DNA of 34,537 nucleotides from Octopus bimaculoides (GCF_001194135.2 NC_068985.1:126421086-126455622); one strand, 5' to 3'. Counted from the first letter of the stretch, positions 11,471-23,224 are shown. The notes: generated from the sequence alone by a model not told the origin. Program-made: numbers and translations.

Positions 11471-12447
11471 ACACACACATATATATATATATATACACGC
11501 ACACACATATATACACAGAAGAGAAACATTAAGCAGTGATGTGTATAAAGACAAACTTGTTATCAGTTCAAATATACTTGGGACATATTCAAACTTGTAA
11601 GAAAGCCATTCGGTATATTTTGTCATGGAGAAAATTTCTTGCTGTATACAAATAGGTGTAAACACACCAAACCAGTTCAAAGTGCTCTCTAACCAGACTA
11701 TTGGATCAATGCTTTCCAGAGAGCTGATCACTTCTTCAGCGTCAGACACTGGAAAGAGATCACTATGAACTGACAAGAGACGGATATCTTTTATTATATT
11801 TGCATCATTGTAATGAGACTGGCTGTACTAATCAGTGGTTCACCACAGATAAAATACAAACAAACGCAGCACGCACACCCACACACACACGCTGTATTTC
11901 ACGACTTATAAAGCAACCGTATTCATTTGAAAAAATTTCTTGCAAAAGATGAAATCCAAAGTTAATTAAAAACAAGATATACAAAATTTTGGATATCCCT
12001 CTGAGAAATTCTATTTCGTGTACACAATTGTAAGTTGTATATATATATTACAGCTCACCAAAATTTTACCACCTATACTCATTTCCTTTAAAGGTAATAA
12101 ATATTTATATCTATTATTAATACGAATACTTAATACTAATTTGAACATAGAAAATGAATGTATGTAGGCAGAATTTACAAGCATTCGCTTAGATTGCCTC
12201 CCTTGTATATAAATGACCCTTGAGAGTTACGTCCCTTAGATACTAACTTATGAAACTGATATTTGAATGGTTGAAGCAGTAGGGCCAAATGCCTCATGGT
12301 GTTTGATATTTTCTGCTCCATTCTCGCTGGAATCCATAACATAAGTATCGGTAAAATAATGGAATCAATATAATCGGCTACAAGCCCTCTAGATTTGTGT
12401 TTTCTTTCATATGTAAGAAAACATATTTAATGCATCTAAACATAATG

Positions 12448-12662
12448 CTGGTTTCAGATTTTGGCACAAGGCCAGCAATTTCGGGGGATGGGGTCAGTCG
12501 GTTAGATCGACCCCAGTGCTCAACTGCTACTTATTTAATCGACCCTGAAAGGATGAAAGGCAAAGATGACCTCGACGGAATTTGGACTCAGAACGTGAAG
12601 ACGGATGAAATGCCGCTAAGCATTTTACTCGGGGTGCCAACGATTCTGCCAACTCGCCCCCT
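12448..12662 (-). mobile_element. SINE family A, CpG-intact copy
   Basis: TCGACCCCAGTGCTCAACTG...ATCGACCCTGAAAGGATGAAAGGCAAAG...CAGAACGTGAAGACGG...ACGATTCTGCCAACTCGCC. Confidence 0.9.
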
Positions 12663-12911
12663 CATATTTAAACAAAATATTGAAAATAATTGCTTAAGTT
12701 GTTGTAAAATTGCGTAAGCAACTGGAGGGTCAGGGTCGATTGAATTAACACCACAGCGTTACTAGTAGTTATTTCCATCAACGCCGGAGGAATATAAGGC
12801 CAAGTGCAACTGGTCGGGATTTGAACCTACTTGTAAGTCCTAAATTAAATACCATCATATATCATATTTATATATAATATATATATAGTATATTTATATA
12901 AAATATATATA

Positions 12912-13218
12912 TTTTTTTTTTTTTATTGTAGTTTCAGCTTAGAGCTGCGGCCATGCTGATGCACCGCCGTGTTGCTACACTGTTATTACAGGGAGCTTCT
13001 TACAATTTGTGGCACTTGGTGAAGAATGGAGTTTGATTTAGCAACCCTCATTTGCACCTCCTGCCGCGAGGCAGGTTCATCTGGGACTCTCGACAGGAAG
13101 AGGTCCAGCTTTGATTTTAAAACCCCTACATCTACTTTGTGCCGGTTCCTCAGGCTCTTTGGGAGAATATTTAAAAGCTGTGGGCCCCTGAAACTCAAAC
13201 TGTTGCAGTAACTGGTCC
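12912..13218 (-). mobile_element. 3' end of a CR1/L2-group LINE (ORF2 C-terminus, 3' UTR, poly(A))
   Basis: Translation TSYCNSLSFRGPQLLNILPKSLRN...LKSKLDLFLSRVPDEP...AKSNSILHQV. The short 3' UTR GGCGGTGCATCAGCATGGCCGCAGCTCTAAGCTGAAACTACAAT is followed by an A-run (T13 on + at about 12912-12924). The 5' part is hidden in a gap. Confidence 0.8.
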
Positions 13219-13765
13219 NNNNNNNNNNNNNNNNNNNNNNNNNNNNNNNNNNNNNNNNNNNNNNNNNNNNNNNNNNNNNNNNNNNNNNNNNNNNNNNNNN
13301 NNNNNNNNNNNNNNNNNNNNNNNNNNNNNNNNNNNNNNNNNNNNNNNNNNNNNNNNNNNNNNNNNNNNNNNNNNNNNNNNNNNNNNNNNNNNNNNNNNNN
13401 NNNNNNNNNNNNNNNNNNNNNNNNNNNNNNNNNNNNNNNNNNNNNNNNNNNNNNNNNNNNNNNNNNNNNNNNNNNNNNNNNNNNNNNNNNNNNNNNNNNN
13501 NNNNNNNNNNNNNNNNNNNNNNNNNNNNNNNNNNNNNNNNNNNNNNNNNNNNNNNNNNNNNNNNNNNNNNNNNNNNNNNNNNNNNNNNNNNNNNNNNNNN
13601 NNNNNNNNNNNNNNNNNNNNNNNNNNNNNNNNNNNNNNNNNNNNNNNNNNNNNNNNNNNNNNNNNNNNNNNNNNNNNNNNNNNNNNNNNNNNNNNNNNNN
13701 NNNNNNNNNNNNNNNNNNNNNNNNNNNNNNNNNNNNNNNNNNNNNNNNNNNNNNNNNNNNNNNNN
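13219..13765. other. Assembly gap (others: 5360-5369, 19680-19872, 20112-20121, 27630-28228, 31069-31779, 32595-33076)
   Basis: N runs. Confidence 1.
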
Positions 13766-13801
<36 letters not shown>

Positions 13802-14422
13802 TATATATAAAATATATAGTATATTTATATATGATATATGTTTAAATATAATATATATCTCGCTCAACATGACACCAATGGTAGTCTTGTTAACCCATGG
13901 ATAAGGGATATTTATCCACTAATGCATTCTCACTATCCGATATAGCTGAGCGAGCCAGGATACTTAAAGACTCCCTTAGACCTGGCTCGCTGAATACTCG
14001 CCAAGAAATATTCACACAGTTTATCCATTTCAATCGCTACCTATAGTAAAATTAGGATCTCCCGTTCGCTGATTAAGCTCGTAAGACTCCTTACGATCCT
14101 TAACAGGCTAAGAAATAGATCGCTATTTCTCAAATAGCTGGTCTAGGGGAGATAACCCGTCCTCACCAACGTCGGACCTTTTATTCTCTGATGATTTTTT
14201 GACCAATTGACCGTAACAACTTTCTACACCCGAAAGGTGAAGAGTTAAATTTGTCTTTGTATAGAGCCTGATGACCTGTCCAAAAGGCTGCAGCTTTTGT
14301 GGATGCAAAACCATTGGTCACTCTATGACCAGACTTTAACTTTATTGCTTCAATAGTTTACTGCACTATACTTTAGTGGGCTTCTTATTCGGGTATATGA
14401 TTTATTGACTACATATATATAT

Positions 14423-14640
14423 ATTTGTTGTTGTACTTGGGGATGGTCATATTGCCAGTTTAGCCAATAAAAACACACGCACTGTATATTTGGTGTTAAT
14501 TTGCTTCAGCTTTATATTACATTAATCTTAATCTTATTTCGGCCAGAGTTCTTTCGTCACACTTCTGTGACCTCATCAGTGGTCCTTTGTTTCCTTCCTT
14601 CTTATGTGTGTCTCACCTTGCTAAATATCAGCCATTTTGT
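14423..14640 (-). mobile_element. Short non-coding element with a hammerhead motif (Penelope-like pLTR or retrozyme-like), bounded by (TA)n
   Basis: (TA)n tracts on both sides, an internal hammerhead core, and downstream GTGCGTGTGTTTTTATTGG resembling Penelope-like tails. Confidence 0.55.
14541..14585 (-). ncRNA. Minimal type I hammerhead ribozyme motif
   Basis: Minus strand reads GGACCA-CUGAUGA-G-GUCAC-AGAAGU-GUGAC-GAAA-G-AA-C-UC-UGGCC. It has the intact CUGAUGA and GAAA core, a 5-bp stem II, a minimal stem III, a CUC cleavage triplet and stem I CCA/UGG. One extra G at the base of stem II. Confidence 0.65.
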
Positions 14641-15000
14641 ATTTATATATATATATATTGTTGACGTCATAAGGATTTTATAAACTTTCAAGAGTATGCA
14701 GAATATTTCTCCTTTGGAGTAATTGTTCTCGAAGCAAACCACATACAGCTATAAAGAGCAGCATGTAAATATTGGGTTGAAAAACTCTTTTGGATTAATA
14801 ACATCGAAGGATCGCTTCGGTTCAATGGTAGAACGATTGTTATGTCTACTGGATATTGAGGTTCGTGTCCCACGATCAGCTTTCCACTTTTTCCATTATG
14901 TGTGCGTGTGTGTGTGTGTGTAGGGAGGTTATGTCTTTGTGTTTTTGTTTGTTTCTCCTCACCGCTTGATAACCGGTGTAAGTGGCCGCAATAAACACAG

Positions 15001-16150
15001 TTGACTGAATTTTGTACTCATCTCCAGCTAGAACTGGGAACGCCTGGAAGAAATGGACTCCTTTTTAGTTTATATATTAAGCGGGAAACGACACTGGGTG
15101 GTGGCAGCCATCTACAACAACGTGCAGAAATTCAAAGAATGACCGCAAGAAACACGTCCCAGTATTTTGGCATGGTTCCACTGTATATGCATGGAAGATG
15201 GTCTACCAACGTCACAGTCACCAATGTACCACCTCACAGGAATGAGGACGGGCTAATGCCAAAATTAGAACGGTAAAGGGAAATAATAGGACTAAGTTCG
15301 ACTTTCCTGCAAAATCGAACGGAAATAACAGTGGAGTTCCAATTGTTGGTTACTTTGGAAGACGTTCTTGATATCATCGTAAAATACTTTTACTTCGGAA
15401 AGTCGTAGAGGGTAAAAACTAAAGTAAATCCTACATTTTTTTTAGTAAAACAGATCACTTCGAAGGGTTCTGCTTCACTGATTGAGAGGAGGAGAGCGTT
15501 AAGACGCACTTTACTGTTGCTAAGAATGTTTTCAACTGCAGCATTCATAAAAAAAAGGTGGCGGTCACTGCAACTGCTAAAACAATATAAACGACAGCTA
15601 CAATTTCTGCGACAGGTGTGCAAGGTAGACATTACAGATCGATCTTCTTTCAACAAACAAAAGCAGCAAGCGAATTTGAAAACACAATCATACGTGTTTT
15701 CCCTGCTCCTTCAAATGATGAGGATACTGAGGAAGTCGGAGAGAGTCCGAAAATAGCAGAAGATAAAGCGTTCAACAAAGAGGTGGGGAGCCAAATAAAA
15801 TTAAATGAACTGACTCCACAAATCCAAAAGTCTGGATGCACCAGGTTAAACAGATGTCAAAAAAATTGCAACCAAACATTAAAAGCGGCTGATAGATCGA
15901 TAACAACAACAGTATCAACAAGAAAAACTACAACAGTAGCATCAACAAATAAGGTACAATAACAAGAACAACAACAACTATATCACAGTAACATGAACAA
16001 CAACAGCTACAACCAAAAATAACAACAGCAGAAAAAGAAACTTCAGCAAACAAGATACAAACCAACAGTTGCTCCAACGACAGCAACAGTAAGAGATGCA
16101 CCCCAACAGAAAGAGCTACAGTCACAGCAACAGCTTATAGGCAGAGTCTT
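15001..16150 (+). mobile_element. Degraded ORF1 region of an L1/Tx1-clade LINE
   Basis: Contains GRWSTNVTVTNVPP, a frameshifted CCHC-like knuckle at about 15608-15650 (C-D-R-C-x-Q-G-R-H-Y-R-S-I-F, last C to F), and a CAA-rich T/Q/N low-complexity tail. Lies directly upstream of an L1/Tx1-type RT on the same strand. Confidence 0.55.
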
Positions 16151-16979
16151 CAACTTCAGTTTACCAGAATGAGAACAGACATCTCATGAAGTCCGTATCT
16201 CGAAGATAAACGGGTGAGAACTTCGATGAGTTATCTCTCTAAAAAGCACCTATGGGAGACTCTGAGTACCATATCAGAAGCCTTTTGTAAATGACACGAG
16301 ACGTTTAAAAACATACAGGACAAGAGAATTTTAGAGAAAAACCTTAGGGCCCCGAAAAAAGTTTACTTTAAGAGCAAGATATGTAACCTATTTCCCTTTA
16401 TTGCCCCCCCCCCATTCAAACACGACCATACTGAGAATAAGCGGCATAGCTCCACATAGTGGGATCGTCGTGGAAACAAGGGCTCCAGCTCACTGACATT
16501 ACCGAGACCAGGATATCCGAGACGAACCCACCTGTCCAAAGGAACCCTGTTAATGGAACCTGAACGAGAGTACAAAATCTTTTCGGACTCTTCAGTACAA
16601 GATTTTTGGGTTGGATTAGCGAACTACTTCATAAGAAATTGACGCGGACTATTATCAACAACAGGTGGTAATTCTAACTATGAAAAGACAATTAAAGCAT
16701 CATTGATTATCTTTAGCAAGATATAACTGTAGAGAATAACAGAGCAGAGAAGGAATTAGTGGTATAAAAGAGACACATAGAAGTAGCATCGAAAACGATA
16801 CCTCTTCTATGCGCCTCTTAGGTTAACGAAAATATGAGCCTGCGACCATTTCTTATACGCGAAACACAAAGAAAGCGTTGTTCTTACTAAGGCAAGTGTA
16901 TTGTAGCACAAAGACTCGAAAGTCACTCAATGGACCCAATCAAAGAAAAGCAGCGTAGTAACATATGTTAGGAATAGGA

Positions 16980-17920
16980 AAGTGACACTCTCTGAATTTC
17001 ATCTCCACGCCACCTGGGGAAGATGTCTATGACAACTTCTACCTCATGCCATGCATCATAGAACAGGCCTGGAATAAAACTGGCTTCGGTGGTGTGCTTG
17101 CCAATTTGTATTAGCCCAAAGCTTCCGACAGGGATGACCATTGCTATCCAGAGATAACCGGTTCTGGTTCCCTTTTCATTAGCTAATTAGCTTGCTCGTG
17201 TTCTGCAATTTGTCTTCGCTATGTAGACTGGGCGGTCACCTCCCTGATTCGTTTGGTATCGTGCAATTGGCCAATCAATGATGTACTCTTTACTTTCCCC
17301 TAAAATGTGTTATCGTGAATCTATTGCTGCAGAGGATGGAATTTTTGAGAATTATTCCTTTCGTATTGAGCCAAAAGAAAGCAGTAGCGAACGACATCAC
17401 TGTTGTATCAGAAACAGATGTGGTCAGTTTCATACTGGAAAAGTATCAAGAGAAAACGGGTGCATGTTTCGACCGGAAAAAGTCGTTAGCAACTTGGCAA
17501 CTGGAGATGCATGTCCGCGTTACTAAGTAGTAATTTCTGTCACTAAACCGGGAGTCCGGTTAAGTTGCTCGGGTACTATTTTAAACCGATTCTTCGACAA
17601 AGAGGAACTTGAAGATGCTTCAAGAAGACTGGACGACTTACTTCACAAGTGTGCTGAGAGGAAGCTGTTCTTGAAACGTAGAACAGATGTGATGAACGTC
17701 TACATTGTTTCCGCTTGACGTCATGCTTTGTCTCAAGAAACATCTATCTAGATTGGCACGCATGCTTTTTCAATTTCCTCATTCTGCTGGTCAGAAAATC
17801 CATCTGCTCCCAGCCCCACCTCCATGCTGGTTTTGAAACACCGTCACTTGAAGCAGAGGTAAGCACTGAGGCTGACACACCTGACGAAGGCGAACAGGTA
17901 TCGGCGCCGTTCCTGTGACA
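16980..17920 (+). mobile_element. Degraded L1/Tx1-clade reverse transcriptase (ORF2 relic)
   Basis: Collinear motifs across frames: DVYDNFYLMPCIIE...GGVLANLY*PKASDRDDH (cf. IHDNLHLMRYII...GALINLDQSKAFDRVDH); NLLLQRMEFLRIIP...AVANDITVV...YQEKTGA..DRKKS (cf. EPLL.KL...YADD.TV...YE..TGA.IN.EKS); GSPVKLLGYYF; LVRKSICSQPHLHAGFETP (cf. VRRSIC..HP..GGLGMP). Many stops and frameshifts. Confidence 0.7.
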
Positions 17921-17949
17921 TATCATTCACAAACCGTCTCTTTTATCGA

Positions 17950-18690
17950 GTTACAAATTATTTGTTTCTGTGATGTTTTTTGTTCTGATGTATTTTAGAA
18001 TTTCATTCACATTTTTCGTTTCTAGGTTCAATTTCCACCGATCAACTTTTTTAAGGTTTCAAATAAAGTCGCTATCGTTCCCCTGTAGCCTTGCTTTTAT
18101 TCTGTTGTAGATTGCCTTTTGCCCATCTGGCATGACACCATTAATTTTATTGTCTTCTTCCAAACCATCTACATGTCTCTCATCGAGCAAGCTATCGCTG
18201 TTCTTTTCCTGTGGTTTATTAGAGATTTCAGCTGTTTTCTGTTATGAGATTACTTTTATCAGTAGGAACTGTGCTTTCATCGTTTCCTCTGCTGCTGTTT
18301 TCCAATACCCGTCTTCTGATAGCTTCGAGCTCTACTTCTGTGAACCAACGATTTTTTCTTATTGCTCTAGCTTGATCACATAATCTCTGTACCGTGAGCT
18401 GAAACAATCCTCTTTCTCTCCATTGATCATACATACGTTGTTGGCATCCCCTAATATGAACACCATTTTCGTCTACAGGGTTGCTCAGGTAGTAACACTC
18501 TATGACCACAGCATTGACTTGTTTGTTCTATTTACGCCGTGTGTGCTGGTCCATTGCTGGATGACGACAGGCTGGAGTCGGACCAGTATCTCTGAGCCTG
18601 CCGGGTGCAACACTGTCACCATCAAGAGCTTTAGTTTCATTACCACTGTTATTCACAATATTTTGTTTTTTCATTGTCACTCATATGAGG
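17950..18690 (-). mobile_element. 5' coding region of an R4/Dong-clade non-LTR retrotransposon (degraded, 3'-truncated)
   Basis: Minus-strand translation: RRK*NKQVNAVVIECYYLSNPVDENGVHIRGCQQRMYDQWRERGLFQLTVQRLCDQARAIRKNRWFTEVELEAIRRR, then after a frameshift NLKKVDRWKLNLETKNVNEILKYIRTKNITETNNL. This matches the N-terminal ECYY...RGY..RM...W...EQRL.DQ.R.IRKN.W and ITETN.L signature I associate with R4/Dong ORFs. An upstream (TAA)n tract lies at about 18791-18804. Confidence 0.7.
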
Positions 18691-19522
18691 TAGCGATTAT
18701 TGGGTTGCGCAATTACCAGTGTTTTTATTGTGACACCATCAATAGATGTATCAGCAATTAGGACATGGGGAGATTCCAACCGCTTCTTTTCATTATTATT
18801 ATTATCACTGATATCATTTTTTTTTTCATTTTTTTTTTTACTTTTTGAGTTTTTGCTGATTGTCATTAACACTTTCGTGTTAGTACTAGGCTCCGGGTCT
18901 TATCTATTAGCGTAGACAATTTGAAAGAGCGCCGCTTCTATAATTATAAACAAATAAATATAGTCAAACAAAACAAAGAAACAAACAAAAAACTAATATC
19001 CACCCATATTTTTTCCGTGGGGGGTATATATTTGTTTAATGCCGGGGTGGGGTGGGGGTATATATATGTATATCTGTTTAATGGTTTTGTGATCAATAAT
19101 GAGTAGTCTTTGTCGTTTGTTTTCATTCGATTCGCTTATGTGCGTGTGCGCTTGTTTATATATTACTTAATGTTATTTTGAAATATTAAAATGTGCTCAT
19201 GTAAAACTGGTGTGTATACGTAATTTAGTTTACGTACTTAGGTGTTTGTGATGTGTACGTACTCGGATATAGTCCAACACTTTTAATGAGTATTACTTAC
19301 TCGGATGTAATCCAGCGCTTTGTCAGTCTGGCGTGCGTGGTTACACGTGTTGTGCGAATGACGGAGGTAACACACAGTTAAAACATATCGTTTCATTCGG
19401 AAGCAGAAATGAATTTCAATGAGTATTACTTACTCGGATATAGTCCAACATTTTGTAATTTATTTTAGACTCCATTTGTTGTCTTTATTCCCGATGTTTT
19501 TGGAAGGTTTCGGATCAGACCG

Positions 19523-19535
19523 ATCATCATCATCA

Positions 19536-19579
<44 letters not shown>

Positions 19580-19586
19580 GTTATTA

Positions 19587-19679
<93 letters not shown>
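19523..19679. repeat. (CAT)n/(ATT)n microsatellite running into a gap
   Basis: Direct reading. Confidence 0.98.
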
Positions 19680-19872
19680 NNNNNNNNNNNNNNNNNNNNN
19701 NNNNNNNNNNNNNNNNNNNNNNNNNNNNNNNNNNNNNNNNNNNNNNNNNNNNNNNNNNNNNNNNNNNNNNNNNNNNNNNNNNNNNNNNNNNNNNNNNNNN
19801 NNNNNNNNNNNNNNNNNNNNNNNNNNNNNNNNNNNNNNNNNNNNNNNNNNNNNNNNNNNNNNNNNNNNNNNN

Positions 19873-20328
19873 CCCATCATAACTACCCGTCTGATAAGGG
19901 TACACCAGACACATGCATCACAACCATATGTGCGCGACATGGTGATCTCATATCAAGATAAACAGCGCGTTACCTTGCAGGTGGGGCCCAGTTAGAATTT
20001 TCTTCAGGTCGAGTGGCCCATCCCGCTGAAAAGGTCCCTGAATAAGGTTTGTTTAAGGATCTTGAGCAAAACACCCATCTTTCCAAAGGTGAATTATTCA
20101 AACCCCAAAGANNNNNNNNNNATCCAAACCCCAAAGAATTCCTCTCAACACATGGCTATGATGCTCCCGCATTACTTGTGTTTGTGATCTGAAATGCACA
20201 TATTGTCGGCCACTAAGGGACATGCTCAACTGGTTATGGTCAAACAACTGACAAGAAAGTCTGTAGTATTGTGCAGAATATTTACTGTAGCCCATCTTTT
20301 ATACCAAGACAAAGCAATTTACACGATT
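19873..20328. mobile_element. Non-coding interspersed repeat embedded between (ATT)n tracts (possible 3' UTR or non-autonomous derivative of a TAA-targeting element)
   Basis: Non-coding ~450 bp block with (ATT)n on the right and, across a gap, a long (ATT)n on the left. I recall it as a frequent octopus repeat; this is unverified. Confidence 0.4.
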
Positions 20329-20367
20329 ATTATTATTATTGTCGATATTATTATTATTAATATTATT

Positions 20368-21316
<949 letters not shown>

Positions 21317-21662
21317 ATAATTACTATTGTTGTTGTCATTATTGTTGTTTATTAGACATCTTGCACGTACACATGCATAATTTATTATATACATACAAAT
21401 ATAATATGCTGACACCGACAAATGTTAGAAGACTTCTGTTGCATCGTAGATAAATTACGATATAAACGCTGCTGCCTGTTGATTTATGATGACATGGGCT
21501 TACCAAAAGGACGTCAACAGCTGACTCTTTCATTTGGAGTGACTGTTCTTTAATTATCTCTACTAGGTTAAATTGGAAATTAATGGAGATTACCTCAATT
21601 ATTTTCTGCATGTTCTTATTTGCTTTTTATTATTATTTGCATGTGAAATATCTCGGTCCTCC

Positions 21663-21764
<102 letters not shown>

Positions 21765-21766
21765 CA

Positions 21767-21919
21767 ATGTGGTAAGAAGCTTGCTTCTAAACCACATGGT
21801 TCTGGATTCACTTCCACTGCGTGGTACCTTGGGCAAGCGTCTTCTACTATAGCCTCGGGCCGATGAAAGCCTTGTTAATAGAATTGGTAGACGGAAACTG
21901 AAAGAATCCTGTTGTATAT

Positions 21920-21956
<37 letters not shown>

Positions 21957-22152
21957 CGTGTGTGTATGTGTGAGTTTGTCCCACTACTATCGCTTGACAA
22001 CCGATATTGGTATGCTTATGTCCCCGTAACTTAGCAGTTCGGCAAAAGAGAACGGTAGAATAAGTACTAGGCTTACAAAGAATGTCCTAGGGTCAATTTT
22101 TTCGACTAAAGATGGTGTTCCAGTATAGCCGCAGTCAGACGACAGAAACAAT
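21767..22152 (+). mobile_element. Full-length tRNA-derived SINE (family B) with CORE-like segment and internal (TG)n
   Basis: Head GTGGTAAGAAGCTTGCTTC...CCACATGGTTCTGG, CORE-like CCTTGGGCAAG, internal TG repeat, 3' part CGCTTGACAACCG...AGAATAAGTACTAGGCTTACAAAG...CCGCAGTC...GAAAC. Confidence 0.85.
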
Positions 22153-22679
22153 ATTCTGAGAAAAAGTATTTTTTCACCACAACAAAACACACACACATAC
22201 TCAGAGGTGTCTCTGTGGCAACTTCAGCTACTAGAAATAGCAGCCAAATCTCTCTTAATACACACCCTTTCATCAAAAGAAAGACACAGATTTACAGTAT
22301 TTTAGGAAGGAAAAAACTATGTAGTGGGTCTGCTATATCAAAGGGAACACTGGGCTGAACAAAACACAAACATACTTCACATTAAAAGATTATCTACTAA
22401 TAAAGTTACCGTATATCTTCCAAGTTTCATTCCCTGGTAAATCTCTGTGTATCTTAAGATTGTTCAGGCAGAGTGGCCTCCCTTACTTAAAGACCTCAAA
22501 ATTGTGCGACTCGACCTCGTTTTCGGGGTTATTTTTCTAGTAAAGAAGGGTTGTTGTGCAAAAAACATACTTTATTTGGTAGCCAAATGATTACTAAATC
22601 TTTTGTACCTCATAAGTCAAAATCGGCAGCTTAGTTTTCGAATCTATAAGGAACATATGCGTGTGTGTGCGCGCACACA

Positions 22680-22729
<50 letters not shown>

Positions 22730-23169
22730 CTGTTTTATTATATAAAATATATATATTCTACGTTCGCCTGCTAACTCAAACCCGTCCAAATTTACTGTGA
22801 TATGGTGTATGCTTATATATTAGGCAAATTCAAGTAGTGTTAAAAAAATATACATATCGTACAAAACCACAAGAAAAAAGAATAATCGTGTACTAAAGGA
22901 ACACGTAGACCAATGGAAAAGGAAGAAAATATATTTTTTAATATTTCTTTCATATTAGTAGTTTCCATAGTTTCATTTTATTTTCGATGAAACACCTCTA
23001 GAAGTGAAAATCAAAAGAAAATTTGGTACGTCATTTTCATTGTTGTTTAATCCCAGATCGGTATTCCTCAATCATACCGATGATCAAGGTCCTCCAGCTG
23101 TGACCACTCACTTTTGTACATATGTTAAGGCGGTTGTGTACGTTTCGGGTGTGATTTGCGTGAAATATA

Positions 23170-23224
<55 letters not shown>

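Noticed and set aside
12881-13831. Identical 20-mer ATATATAGTATATTTATATA on both sides of the LINE, as a TSD
   Set aside because: Low-complexity AT sequence, not flush with a visible element end, and the 5' junction is in a gap.
19018-19059. G-tract cluster (G6...GGGGTGGGGTGGGGG) as a G-quadruplex
   Set aside because: Only three closely spaced tracts, with the fourth about 19 nt away; no other support.
20095-20140. Direct repeat AAACCCCAAAGA on both sides of a 10-N gap
   Set aside because: Most likely an unmerged contig overlap, not a biological duplication.
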